Below are positions 28,703 through 38,547 of a stretch of 64,000 bases of DNA, piece by piece (position 1 is the stretch's first letter; every line of letters begins with the position of its first letter). Made by a program: the position numbers and the translations under genes. The DNA is taken from positions 192,001-256,000 of the forward strand of contig CAWDDT010000011.1 of assembly GCA_963801165.1 (NCBI GenBank), given 5' to 3'. The notes beneath the pieces were generated by a model. That model was not told the DNA's origin. It saw nothing but the letters and a program-made list of their open reading frames with translations, and did not search any database. Source of the stretch: an uncultured bacterium (GTDB taxonomy: Bacteria; Actinomycetota; Acidimicrobiia; Spongiisociales; UBA5794).

Positions 28703-31012
28703 CTAAACGCTCTCCAACTCCGGCTCGGGCTCTTCGGCCGGTCCCTCGACCGCGATCCGCGGCAGCAGCCGGGCGAGCCATTTCGGGAGCCACCAGTTGG
28801 CGTCGCCCAGGAGCTCCATCGTGGCGGGGACGAGCAGCATCCGAACCACCGTCGCGTCGAGGGCGACGGCGCTGGCTAGGCCGATCCCGAATAGTTTGAT
28901 GATCCGGTTGCTCTCACCGATGAAGCTGGCGAACACGGCGACCATGATGGCCGCGGCGGCGGAGATAACCCGGGCGGTGGTGGCGAGGCCGTCGGCGACC
29001 GAAACCCTGCTGTCACCCGACTTGAGGTACTCCTCCCGGATCCGGGATAGCAGGAACACTTCGTAGTCCATCGACAGGCCGAAGAGTATGGCGAACATCA
29101 TCATCGGCACGAACGGCTCGATCGGCGCCGGCTCGATACCGAACACGGTGCCGAACCAGCCCCATTGGAAGATGGCGGTGACAACACCGTACGAGGCTCC
29201 GATCGACAACAGGTTCATGATGACGGCTTTGAGCGGGACCAGCAGCGAGCGGAACACCAGCATCAGCAGCACGAACGACAGTGTCAGCACCACGGCGATG
29301 AACGCCGGCAATCTGGCGGTGAGATATTCGGAGAAGTCGACCGTAGCGGCCACGCTTCCCGATACGGCGATCTCGAGCCCGGTCCCGGCCGTCGCCGTCG
29401 GGATGACGTCCTGTCGCAGCCGGTATACGAGGTCGGTGGTCGCGACATCCTGAGGGGCCGTCGTCGGGAACAGCCGCCACACCGCCGCCTGCGGCGCCGC
29501 CGGGTCGTTGGGGATAGGCGGGGTGACGAACGCCACACCGGGATCGGCAGACAATGCGGCCGTCACAGCCTGGAGCGCGACCGGATCCGTCCCCGCCGGG
29601 ATCTCGGTTGCGAGCAGCAGCGGGCCGTTGAAGCCGGGGCCAAAACCGGCGGCGAGCAAGTCGTACGCCTTCCGGGTCGTCGTGTCGGCTGGGAAGTTAC
29701 CCTCATCGGAGAAGGCGAGGCGAAGGCTGAAGAACGGGATGGCGAGCGTCACCATCACGACTGCCCCGACCAGCACCGAAGTCCACGGCCGGCGCTGGAT
29801 GAAGCGGCTCCAGCGGTAGGGCACTGTCTCGCGCACCGGGCGCCGCTCCCGGCGTGGCACCTCGCTGCGCAGTGGAACAAAAGCGAGGCTGGCGACCAGG
29901 GTCACCGCGGCGATCGCCAGGCCGAAGATCGCGAGCGGCTGGATGCTGAGGGCGACTCCGACTAGGCCGATGGCGACCAGCACCGCTGCGATCAGCCCGC
30001 GCCACCTGGTCACCTCGACACGTTCCGCGGCAAAACCGAGCAGGGCAGGAAGCAGTGTGAGCGAGGCGATCGCGGTCACGGCGACGACTGACACCGCGGC
30101 GACGGCAAGTCCGGTGATAAACGACAGGTTCATCAACACCATGCCGAGGAGGGAGATGACGACCGTGGTGCCTGCGAAGGAGACGGCACGCCCTGCGGTG
30201 TCGATGGCGGTGACAGTGGCCTCCTCGACCGACGCTCCGTGATGCAGATTCTCCCGGAAGCGGGTCACGATGAATAGGGCGTAGTCGATGCCGACGCCGA
30301 GACCGAGCATGACCGCAACCGTCGTAGCAAAGTCCGGAATCGAGAAGATGTTGCTCAACAGCCCTGCCAGCAATGATCCAACCCCGATGCCCGCCAGGGC
30401 AACACCAACCGGCAGACCCATGGCGAGTACCGACCCGAAGGCGATGATGAGCACGATGATGGCAAAGGAGAGACCGAGCATCTCAGAGCTGGGGACGTCG
30501 AATTCGGCGAAGATCTGCCCGCCGATCTCGACCTCGAGACCGTCGATCTGTGGGATGAGCTGTTTCAACTGTGCGCTGATGTCGGCCGCCTGCTCGATGG
30601 TGATATCTCGAGAGACACCAATCTGGGCGTATGCGATGTGGCCGGCTTCCGGTCCCTGTGCCGCGATCTGTTGGGCGCCCGCCGGGTCGTAAGGGCTGGC
30701 GAGAGTGACGCCGTCGATCTTGGCGGCAGCATCGAACATGGCAGTCATCGCCTGCTCGACGTCGGGGTCGGTGACACCCTGGTCGGCACGGAACACGATG
30801 GTCCCGCCCTCACCCCCCGCTCCTGAGTCGGCGAAGTACTGGTCGAGGATGTCGAAGCCGTGCCTGCTCTCGACGTCCGGTAGTGAGAACTCGGTGCTGT
30901 ACGCCGTACCGACGAAAGCGGTGATGATCCATCCCAGCAGAAGCGCAGCAAGCCAGATGAGCACGACCTTGCCGCGGTTGCGGTAACACCACCCACCAAA
31001 GCCTCGGTACAC
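28703..31012 (-). CDS. MMPL family (RND superfamily) transporter
   Basis: GLGVGIDYALFIVTRFRE and FGLSMDYEVFLLSRIREE in the two halves. Confidence 0.93.
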   Translation of the reverse strand: MYRGFGGWCYRNRGKVVLIWLAALLLGWIITAFVGTAYSTEFSLPDVESRHGFDILDQYFADSGAGGEGGTIVFRADQGVTDPDVEQAMTAMFDAAAKIDGVTLASPYDPAGAQQIAAQGPEAGHIAYAQIGVSRDITIEQAADISAQLKQLIPQIDGLEVEIGGQIFAEFDVPSSEMLGLSFAIIVLIIAFGSVLAMGLPVGVALAGIGVGSLLAGLLSNIFSIPDFATTVAVMLGLGVGIDYALFIVTRFRENLHHGASVEEATVTAIDTAGRAVSFAGTTVVISLLGMVLMNLSFITGLAVAAVSVVAVTAIASLTLLPALLGFAAERVEVTRWRGLIAAVLVAIGLVGVALSIQPLAIFGLAIAAVTLVASLAFVPLRSEVPRRERRPVRETVPYRWSRFIQRRPWTSVLVGAVVMVTLAIPFFSLRLAFSDEGNFPADTTTRKAYDLLAAGFGPGFNGPLLLATEIPAGTDPVALQAVTAALSADPGVAFVTPPIPNDPAAPQAAVWRLFPTTAPQDVATTDLVYRLRQDVIPTATAGTGLEIAVSGSVAATVDFSEYLTARLPAFIAVVLTLSFVLLMLVFRSLLVPLKAVIMNLLSIGASYGVVTAIFQWGWFGTVFGIEPAPIEPFVPMMMFAILFGLSMDYEVFLLSRIREEYLKSGDSRVSVADGLATTARVISAAAAIMVAVFASFIGESNRIIKLFGIGLASAVALDATVVRMLLVPATMELLGDANWWLPKWLARLLPRIAVEGPAEEPEPELESV

Positions 31013-31245
31013 AACGCCTCCTCAGAATCGAGTACCGGAGACTACAGGATCCGTCCGCCACTCAGACGAGATGCGCTTGCCCGGAGCGAGAATTGTGGCC
31101 GATCGCCGTCGAGCGCCGTAACGATCTGCTGGGTCAACGAGGAACCTACCTTCGGCCATGCAGCCTCTGGAAACTCGTACCGCCATGTATGTTCCGCCGC
31201 TACGGCTCAGGCAAGTCAGCAGGAAGGCCGGGTGAGCTGGTGGCC

Positions 31246-32202
31246 ATGCGGAAGTGTGCCTTCTGCGGTGCAAGGAACGATCAAAATGAGTCGTTCTGTG
31301 TCGCATGCGGACTCGCTCAGATAACCGGACCGGACGGGAAGCCCCAGATCACGCCCAAAAGGCTGACGGAGCGGCGCCAGGTTGGTTCGGTCGCACGGCT
31401 GGCAGGGCCGGTCATGCAATGGGTGGCGATCGCCATGGCGGCCGTGGCGGTGTTCACTCTCGGATTCGTCATGGGCAAAGCGACGTCGGGCAATGCCGAA
31501 ACCGACCTGGTCACCGCGCAGACCACAACGACCGGAGAACACACCGGCGCGGTGACCCGGGGGACCGACGAGACGGGTGCTGCGGTCGAGACAACAGCGG
31601 CGTCGGGGCCCACGACCACAGCCCCCACCACGACCACGACGACAACCACCGAGCCGCCGTTCACCTACACCGATGTCCCCGCCGATTACCAGTACACGCC
31701 GGAGATCCAGGCCCTCCTCGACGATGGAGTGGTTTCGCCGTGCGCCCCGCCCGACGGAACCGAGTTCTGCCCCGATGACTTCCTCACCCGGGAAGCCCTG
31801 GCCTCCGTGTTCGCCCAGATGTTTCGATACGACGATCCCGGGGACGCCGACCTGTTCGTTGATGACGCCGATTCGCCCTTCCAATCGGAGATCCAGGCCA
31901 TCGCCATCGCCGGAATCACCAAGGGCTGCAACCCGCCGGACGACACCAAATTCTGTCCGAGGGACCTGGTGACCAGAGGTCAGCTCGCCACGTTCCTCGA
32001 TCGGGCGCTCGATCTTCCCCCCGCCGGCGATGTCGACTTCTTCAGCGACGACAACGGAACGCTTTACGAGTCAGCGATCCAGAAGCTGGCGGCGGCCGGG
32101 ATCATGCAAGGCTGCTCGGCCGACGACGCCACCCTCGTCTGTCCCAACGACCCGGTGACGCGGGGCCAGGCGGCTGCGTACCTCGTCCGCGCCACGGGCT
32201 AG
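31246..32202 (+). CDS. Zinc-ribbon + TM + Thr-rich linker + SLH-domain protein
   Basis: CAFC...CVAC N-terminus; three GCxPP..FCP...TRGQ.A SLH-like repeats. Confidence 0.8.
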   Translation: MRKCAFCGARNDQNESFCVACGLAQITGPDGKPQITPKRLTERRQVGSVARLAGPVMQWVAIAMAAVAVFTLGFVMGKATSGNAETDLVTAQTTTTGEHTGAVTRGTDETGAAVETTAASGPTTTAPTTTTTTTTEPPFTYTDVPADYQYTPEIQALLDDGVVSPCAPPDGTEFCPDDFLTREALASVFAQMFRYDDPGDADLFVDDADSPFQSEIQAIAIAGITKGCNPPDDTKFCPRDLVTRGQLATFLDRALDLPPAGDVDFFSDDNGTLYESAIQKLAAAGIMQGCSADDATLVCPNDPVTRGQAAAYLVRATG

Positions 32203-32271
32203 GAGAGGGCGGTCGGGTACCACCGGTGATCCCGGTGCCGTCGAGACGCCTCTACGGCTTGCCCACGGCGA

Positions 32272-32310
32272 GGCCCCCCGGGCCGTCCGAGGGGGGAAGG
32301 ACGAGCGGCG
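32272..32310 (-). repeat. Partial family B repeat (module X)
   Basis: ggccccccgggccgtccgaggggggaaggacgagcgg. Confidence 0.75.
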
Positions 32311-32384
32311 ACCACGCTGCCGACAATGAGCCAACATCGCGGCAACAACAGCGCAGCCAGCGTGGTCCCGATAATGTGGCGACC

Positions 32385-33533
32385 ATGAGTGAGCGCATTT
32401 ATCTGTCACCTCCGTCGCAGTCGGGAAACGAGCAGGCTGCCGTGGCCCGGGCCATAGAAAGCAACTGGATCGCTCCGCTCGGGCCGGAGGTCGATGAGTT
32501 CGAGGCCGAGCTGGCGGTGCAGTCGGGGGTCCCATTTGCGCTGGCGACATCGTCGGGGACCGCGGCCATCCATCTGGCACTGCTCGCTGTGGGCGTCAAA
32601 CGTGGCGATGTCGTCGTCGCCCCATCGTTCACGTTCATCGGGACGGTCACCCCGGTGTCGTTTATCGGCGCCGAGACCTGGTTTGTCGACTCGGAGCAGC
32701 AGTCGTGGAACCTCGACCCCAAGCTGCTCCAGGAGGCACTGGCCTCGGCACGATCCGAGGATCACCGCATCGGCGCCGTCATCGCCGTCGACCTGTTCGG
32801 GCAATGTGGCGATTACGACCGGATCCAGGAGATCTGCGATCGGTTCAAGGTGCCGCTAGTCGAGGACGCTGCCGAAGCACTGGGAGCCACGTACAAGGAC
32901 ATCCCGGCCGGGTCGTTCGGGCGGGTTGGGGTGCTGTCGTTCAACGGCAACAAGATCATCACCACATCAGGGGGCGGCGCCGTCGTGTCCGCCGACGAGC
33001 AACTGATCGAGCGGACGAGGTTTCTCGCCACCCAGGCCCGGGAGCCCGAGGTGCACTACGAGCACAGGGAGATCGGCTACAACTACCGCATGTCCAACCT
33101 GCTGGCCGCGGTGGGGCGGGCTCAGCTGTCGAACCTGGACCAACGGGTCAATGCGAGGCGGGAGATCTTCAACGCCTACGTGGCCCGTCTCAGCGATCTC
33201 CCCGGCGTCGAGTTCATGCCGGAAGCGCCCTGGGGCCGGTCGAACCGCTGGCTCACCACCCTCACCGTCGACCCCGACCTCTTCGGAGCCACCCGACACC
33301 AGATCATCGATGCCCTCGCCGCCGACAACATCGAGGCAAGACCGGTGTGGAAGCCGATGCACCTGCAACCGGTCTACGAAGACGCCCGGATGTTCGGCGG
33401 CGCCGTCTCGGCGCAGATCTTCAAGAACGGTCTATGTCTCCCGAGCGGCACCGACATGACCGAGGACGACATCGATCGGGTGGCCGGCATCGTCCGTTCG
33501 GTGCGGGACGATGGTCGACCAACGCCAGGGTGA
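32385..33533 (+). CDS. DegT/DnrJ/EryC1/StrS sugar aminotransferase (PglE/EpsN-like)
   Basis: IYLSPP, SSGTAAIHLAL, EDAAEALG, SFNGNKIITTSGGG, GYNYRMSN. Confidence 0.93.
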   Translation: MSERIYLSPPSQSGNEQAAVARAIESNWIAPLGPEVDEFEAELAVQSGVPFALATSSGTAAIHLALLAVGVKRGDVVVAPSFTFIGTVTPVSFIGAETWFVDSEQQSWNLDPKLLQEALASARSEDHRIGAVIAVDLFGQCGDYDRIQEICDRFKVPLVEDAAEALGATYKDIPAGSFGRVGVLSFNGNKIITTSGGGAVVSADEQLIERTRFLATQAREPEVHYEHREIGYNYRMSNLLAAVGRAQLSNLDQRVNARREIFNAYVARLSDLPGVEFMPEAPWGRSNRWLTTLTVDPDLFGATRHQIIDALAADNIEARPVWKPMHLQPVYEDARMFGGAVSAQIFKNGLCLPSGTDMTEDDIDRVAGIVRSVRDDGRPTPG

Positions 33534-33539
33534 CCCGGC

Positions 33540-33947
33540 CAACGGCGAGCACCGCTCGTCCTTCCCCCCTCGGACGGCCCGAGAGGCCGCCCGATCCCCC
33601 CGAAATGGGGGGATTGCTGTAGCGGCCCTCCCCCGGCGGGAGGGCGGGGCCAGACCCGACCGCAGGGAGGGGACAAAACCAACGGTGGCCGCCGGTCGTC
33701 CTTCCCCCCTCGGACGGCCCAGAAGGCCGCCCGATCCCCCCGAAATGGGGGGATCACTGCTCTCCTCCAATCGCCGCTGGTACACCCGATCGGCGGTCAC
33801 GCCAGTAGCAGCCCTCCCCTTGCGGGAGGGCGGGGCCAGACCCGACCGAGGGAGGGGACAAAACCAACGGTGGCCGCCGCTCGTCCGGTCCCCCCTCGGA
33901 CGGCCCAGAAGGCCGCCCGATCCCCCCGAAATGGGGGGATCACTGCT
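33540..33947 (+). repeat. Family B repeat array X-Y-X-spacer-Y-X
   Basis: X = caacgg..cttcccccctcggacggccc..ggccgcccgatccccccgaaatggggggat; Y = gtagcrgccctccc..gggagggcggggccagacccgacc..gggaggggacaaaac. Confidence 0.9.
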
Positions 33948-33982
33948 TGCCTACCCCAAACGGCGACCGCCGCCCGGCCGAT

Positions 33983-35500
33983 CTACGGTTGTTCGATTGC
34001 GAAGCTGTCGCTGTAGCTCGTCGTGGAGCCAACGAATGTGACTTGCAGCGCCTCGGGAGTCATCGTCAACAATGCGTATCCCCGTCCCGCATCGGGTGAA
34101 TTGGCTCCGAGCCAGGTCGCCAGGTAACCCAGCTCGGGGTCGGACGCGTTGATGCTGTACATGTCGTTGCCGCCGGCGTTGCCGACGATCACAAACACAG
34201 ATCCCGCACCCTTTGTGTAGATGTTGTCGCTGCCGTCATCCACCACACACTCGGTGCGGAAGGTCCCGGGCGTGGCACAGGTGATCTGCTTGGAGCGCTG
34301 GTAGTTGTGTTCGTGGCCGTGCAGGATGAGATCGACCTTCTTGTCCAAGAGCAAGTCGTAGACGTCGCTGCCCACCTCGCAGCCCTTCACACCTGCCGTC
34401 ACGCATGGTTTGTGCATGCCGACGATCACCCATTCGATCCCCTTCGCCCGGGCGTCATCGATGGTCGCCTCCAGCCATTGATAGTGGCTGCTGCCCACCC
34501 CGTAGTCGTAGCTCTCGCCGTCGACCTGGTTGTCGGCCCCGATCATGATGATGCGAGCAAGCTTGTCGACATCGAAGTAATACTCAGCGGCATAGGTGCC
34601 GGTGGAGCTCATCCGATCGGGGAGACAGGCGGCGAAGTTGCCGATGTAGCCGTTGACCCGGTCGTCATCCTCGTGGTTGCCAACCAACAGCTCGACGGGG
34701 AATTCCGTACCGAGGTAGCCCTTGACGTAGTCGCACCACTGGGACTCGGTGAGATTGCTATATGAGAGGTCACCCAGGGCGAGCAGAAACTCCGCATCGC
34801 TCGCCGCCATCGACGTAAAGGTGGCATCGGTGAGGCTGGTCGCCCCGAAGTCACCGCCGGCGGCGAAGGTGACCCCGCCCGACCCGCTCAGGCCAAGTGC
34901 CCTGGCAAGGAAGGTCGCCATCTGTTCGCGTGTGACGAAATCGGCCGGGCAGAACCGATCGTTGACCGGCGGGTTACAGCCCTTGGTGATCCCGGACGCG
35001 GCCAATGCCTCGATGTCGGCTGCGAACACCGAGCCGTCGTCGTCGACAAACGCATTGCCGCTCTCGTCAGCGGCCAGCCCGAAGGCCCGCACCAGGAACG
35101 CGGCCATCTGGCCCCGGGTCACCACATCGCCGGGGCAATAGCGGTCATTGACCGGCGGGTTGCAGCCCCTGGTGACCCCCGCGGCGGCGAGACGAGAAAT
35201 GTCGGCGTCGAACACCGAGCCGTCGTCATCGACGAACGGATCAGCGGTAGCCGCCGACAGGCCGAAGGCTCGGCTCAAGAATGCAGCCATCTGACCACGC
35301 GTCACCACATCGCCGGGGCAGAAACGGTCATTGACCGGCGGATTGCAGCCCCGGGTGATCCCGGCGGCGGCAATCGCCTCGATAGACGGCTCATGTATGG
35401 ATCCGTCGTCGTCGCTGAACGTCCCGGTCGCCAGCGCCGGGCCGACGCTCAGCACTGAGGCGAGCACGACCAGCACAGCAATCGTCATCCGGAGACGCAT
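33983..35500 (-). CDS. Secreted SLH-domain + calcineurin-like metallophosphoesterase
   Basis: Signal peptide; 3 SLH repeats; GGDFG, LGDLSY, GNHE, HGHEHNYQR. TACGCT lies 7 nt before the ATG. Confidence 0.88.
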   Translation of the reverse strand: MRLRMTIAVLVVLASVLSVGPALATGTFSDDDGSIHEPSIEAIAAAGITRGCNPPVNDRFCPGDVVTRGQMAAFLSRAFGLSAATADPFVDDDGSVFDADISRLAAAGVTRGCNPPVNDRYCPGDVVTRGQMAAFLVRAFGLAADESGNAFVDDDGSVFAADIEALAASGITKGCNPPVNDRFCPADFVTREQMATFLARALGLSGSGGVTFAAGGDFGATSLTDATFTSMAASDAEFLLALGDLSYSNLTESQWCDYVKGYLGTEFPVELLVGNHEDDDRVNGYIGNFAACLPDRMSSTGTYAAEYYFDVDKLARIIMIGADNQVDGESYDYGVGSSHYQWLEATIDDARAKGIEWVIVGMHKPCVTAGVKGCEVGSDVYDLLLDKKVDLILHGHEHNYQRSKQITCATPGTFRTECVVDDGSDNIYTKGAGSVFVIVGNAGGNDMYSINASDPELGYLATWLGANSPDAGRGYALLTMTPEALQVTFVGSTTSYSDSFAIEQP

Positions 35501-35540
35501 AGGAGCGAGCGTAGCCAAAGCGATGTTCCTACTCGTGCGA

Positions 35541-35750
35541 GTAGTAGCCCTCCCGTTACGGGAGGGCGGGGCCAGACCCGATCGAAGGGAGGGACTGAAC
35601 CGGGAGGGGGGCAAAACCAACGGCGACCGCCGCGCGTCCTCCCCCCTCGGACGGCCCGGGGGGCCGCCCGATCCCCCCGAAATGGGCGAATCACTGCTGC
35701 TCTCTCCCAATCGGCGGGGCCGGACCCGACCGAGGGAGGGGGGATCACTG
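35541..35750 (+). repeat. Family B repeat Y-X plus partial
   Basis: gtagtagccctcccgttacgggagggcggggccagacccga...cggacggcccggggggccgcccgatccccccgaaatggg. Confidence 0.88.
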
Positions 35751-35819
35751 TTTGCTCTTGCCGGAATCGGCGCTGGTACGCTCGCGGGGTTGGACCTGAT
35801 GCCCGTGGGAGGAGGCTCG

Positions 35820-36263
35820 TTGCAGGTCACAGTGCAGACCGAGATCGATGCGCCGGCGGATGCCGTCTTCGACTACATCGCCGATCTCTCCAACAACCCC
35901 AACTGGCAGAGCGGTGTCGAGACGACCATGTGGACCTCGCCTCCTCCGGTTGCGGTTGGATCCACCTGTGAGCAGACGCTCGACAGTGGGACGGTCGTCG
36001 AGTACGTGGTGACCGCGCTCTTACCCCGACGATCCATCACGATCGAAACCAGACGAGGCGCCGTGATCCCCACCACGGTCACCAGGACCGTCCAGGTCCT
36101 CAACGAAGCGAAGAGCCGCGTGCGGATGGACCTGACCGGCCACCCTCGCGGCTGGCGTCGTCTCACCGCTCCACTGGTGCCGCGGGCGATCCGGGGGGCG
36201 ATCGGCTCCGACTACCGCCGTCTCAAGCGAGTCCTGGAAGCTGCTCAGACACCGGAGGAGTAG
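35820..36263 (+). CDS. SRPBCC (polyketide cyclase/START) family protein
   Basis: TTG start after ggaggagg; IDAPADAVFDYIADLSNNPNWQ...RLKRVLE. Confidence 0.8.
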   Translation: MQVTVQTEIDAPADAVFDYIADLSNNPNWQSGVETTMWTSPPPVAVGSTCEQTLDSGTVVEYVVTALLPRRSITIETRRGAVIPTTVTRTVQVLNEAKSRVRMDLTGHPRGWRRLTAPLVPRAIRGAIGSDYRRLKRVLEAAQTPEE

Positions 36264-36296
36264 CCCGGTAGAGGACCTTTGTGTTCGGCGGTCCCG

Positions 36297-36941
36297 TCAG
36301 GACGCGCCCAGAACCCGGCGGATTTCGGCGGCAAGTGCCGCGCCGAGGCGCTTGTGGCTCTCGGCGTCGAGATGCACGCCATCGGCCGCGTCGACCGAGG
36401 CCACTGTTCCGGCATCGAAGACGGGGCAATCCCGAAGCTCACCGAGAGTCGTGTAGTGCTCAGCAAGGTGCAGAGACTCGTTACGCGCCTTGCCGAATCC
36501 CCACAGCAAGGATCGTCTCGTCGCCTTCCCCAACGGGGGCGGGGCAACAATCAGCACCGCGGGCGCCTGCCCGGCGGGGCCGCAGCCGCTGGAGAGGGCA
36601 ATATCCACGAGGGCGCCTACGCCGAGGGCGATCTCGGGGGCTTTCACCCGGAAGTAGCGCTTGAGGTCGTTGGTGCCGAGCATGATGACTACCAAGTCGA
36701 CCGGGGAATGCGAGGCGAGACAGGGGCCCAGATAGGAACGACCGTTGAGACCGGCGCCAAAAGGATCATCCCAGTTGCTCGTGCGACCCGGGAGACCCTC
36801 CTCGATCACGACGAAACCGGACCCCAGCGCCTGCTGCAACACGCCGGGCCAGCGGACGTCTCTCGGGAAGCGACCGCCGGAATCGACCACATACCCGTAT
36901 GTGTTGGAGTCGCCGTAGCAAAGGACCGTACGTGTGCTCAT
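36297..36941 (-). CDS. SGNH/GDSL hydrolase
   Basis: CYGDSNT, EGLPGRT, LGTND, DGVH. Confidence 0.93.
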   Translation of the reverse strand: MSTRTVLCYGDSNTYGYVVDSGGRFPRDVRWPGVLQQALGSGFVVIEEGLPGRTSNWDDPFGAGLNGRSYLGPCLASHSPVDLVVIMLGTNDLKRYFRVKAPEIALGVGALVDIALSSGCGPAGQAPAVLIVAPPPLGKATRRSLLWGFGKARNESLHLAEHYTTLGELRDCPVFDAGTVASVDAADGVHLDAESHKRLGAALAAEIRRVLGAS

Positions 36942-36990
36942 GTTTGCCTCCGGGATATGCCTCGAGCTCGGCTTGTTCCAGCGTAGGCGA

Positions 36991-37761
36991 CTACCCCAGC
37001 AGCAGCTTCTCTACGTCATCTCGTAGTGCCGCAGTGGTGGCGATGAAGCCGGGGACGAGCGGGTTTTCCTTGTTCCAGGTCGGCGTCGAGCCGTCCTTGA
37101 GCACTGCCCAGCCGCCGGCTGCGCGAAGCAGCGCGACGCCGGCGGCGAGATCCCACTCGTTCTTGGGCACGAGCGTCCAGGTGGCGTCGAGCCGTCCGGC
37201 GGCGACCAGCGACAACTTGTAGGCCACCGATCCCATCGGCACGACATGAAACGGGCCGCCCTCAAAGCGCTCCCACTCGCCCCGCCTCATCTCGGAACGG
37301 CTCGCCCCCACCCGCGCTCCCTCCAGGCTGGTCATGCCGGAAACGGGGTTGGGCCCGTTGTACACCAAACCGTCGTCGACCGTCCCGGTGATCCTCTCGC
37401 CGGTCGCCGGGTTGTGGATACCGCCTGCTACCGGCAACCCGTCTTCGATGAGACCGATCGACACACACCACTCCGGAATCCCCTCGACGAACTCCCGGGT
37501 CCCGTCGATGGGATCGACAATCCAGACCCGCTTTCTGCCGAGGCGCTCCTTGTCGTCGACGCTCTCCTCAGACAGCCATCCCTCCCCCGACTCGGGGAGG
37601 ACGCGCCGCATCTCGGCATCGACCAGCTCGTCGGCCTCGGTCACCGGATCGCCGCCTTCCTTGCGTCGAGCTGCGATCCGGCCCGGCGTGAAGTCGTCGA
37701 GCACGTCCAGTGCCGCGTCGAGCGCGGCGTTGATACGATCAAGATCTGAGGTGTGGCCCAC
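36991..37761 (-). CDS. cysQ: CysQ / inositol monophosphatase family phosphatase
   Basis: DPVTEAD, LSEE, WIVDPIDGTREF, GSVAYK, EWDLAAG. Confidence 0.8.
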   Translation of the reverse strand: MGHTSDLDRINAALDAALDVLDDFTPGRIAARRKEGGDPVTEADELVDAEMRRVLPESGEGWLSEESVDDKERLGRKRVWIVDPIDGTREFVEGIPEWCVSIGLIEDGLPVAGGIHNPATGERITGTVDDGLVYNGPNPVSGMTSLEGARVGASRSEMRRGEWERFEGGPFHVVPMGSVAYKLSLVAAGRLDATWTLVPKNEWDLAAGVALLRAAGGWAVLKDGSTPTWNKENPLVPGFIATTAALRDDVEKLLLG

Positions 37762-38438
37762 TAGTTCCCCTGTACGTTCTCGAGGCGCGCCATCCTGCCC
37801 GATGACCCCCAGCTGGCCACCACCAGCCCCGCGGCGTACGCGGTCAGCACCGCAAGCGCGGCCACCTGCCCGAAGTCCTCGGCAAACAACCACTCCCGGT
37901 TGATCCCGAACACGGAAATGGCGTTGACCGGGCCAACGAACACACCCACGACGAACAAGATCGCGATGAGGCGCACAACAACAGGGCGCTCTTCGAGCGA
38001 GGCGCTCCGATATGCCGCCAAAACCAATCCCCCGGCGATCACGGCCAGCGCCAGGAACAGCGACGCCAGATTGATGAACCCCGAGGAGACATGCAGGACA
38101 CTCTCCAGGCGCTGGGTAATCGGATTGGCAACGTCGTCCCACCAGCCGGCGTCGATCACGATGTGACCGAGTGTCAGCAACGACAACAGCAGCGCCAGCA
38201 CCCACATGCTCCGGCTACGGATCCTGTAGCCCACGTACACAAGAGCCACGATGCTGATCAGCTTGTACAGGATCGACAGGGCATTCAGCGGCCCCGCGTT
38301 TAGGCCGATCTCCGACGCATAGTCAACGCCGGCGGCCCACAGTGCCGCAGCCATGAGCGCCAGGCCGGCGGCCAGTGCCGCCTGGAGCGCTCGCCCTTGT
38401 AACCGCAATGATCCCCCCGAGGTGTCGAATTCGTTCAC
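37761..38438 (-). CDS. Membrane protein of unknown function
   Basis: About 6 hydrophobic segments; stop overlaps the cysQ start. Confidence 0.65.
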   Translation of the reverse strand: MNEFDTSGGSLRLQGRALQAALAAGLALMAAALWAAGVDYASEIGLNAGPLNALSILYKLISIVALVYVGYRIRSRSMWVLALLLSLLTLGHIVIDAGWWDDVANPITQRLESVLHVSSGFINLASLFLALAVIAGGLVLAAYRSASLEERPVVVRLIAILFVVGVFVGPVNAISVFGINREWLFAEDFGQVAALAVLTAYAAGLVVASWGSSGRMARLENVQGN

Positions 38439-38547
38439 GAGGCGCCAATGTACCGTGCGGTGGAGCCAACATCACTCGCCATGACCCATCGTCTGTCGGG
38501 TGCACTGCGCCACGGCCCCAGAGCCTTCTGCCACTATCGTCCACTCG

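Noticed and set aside
33374-34041. ORFs with PPDPPEMGG / RSPRNGG motifs (also at 35.5-35.8 and 40.5-41.9 kb)
   Set aside because: Translations of family B repeats. I saw no consistent start/stop coupling to neighbouring genes, unlike the family A relays.
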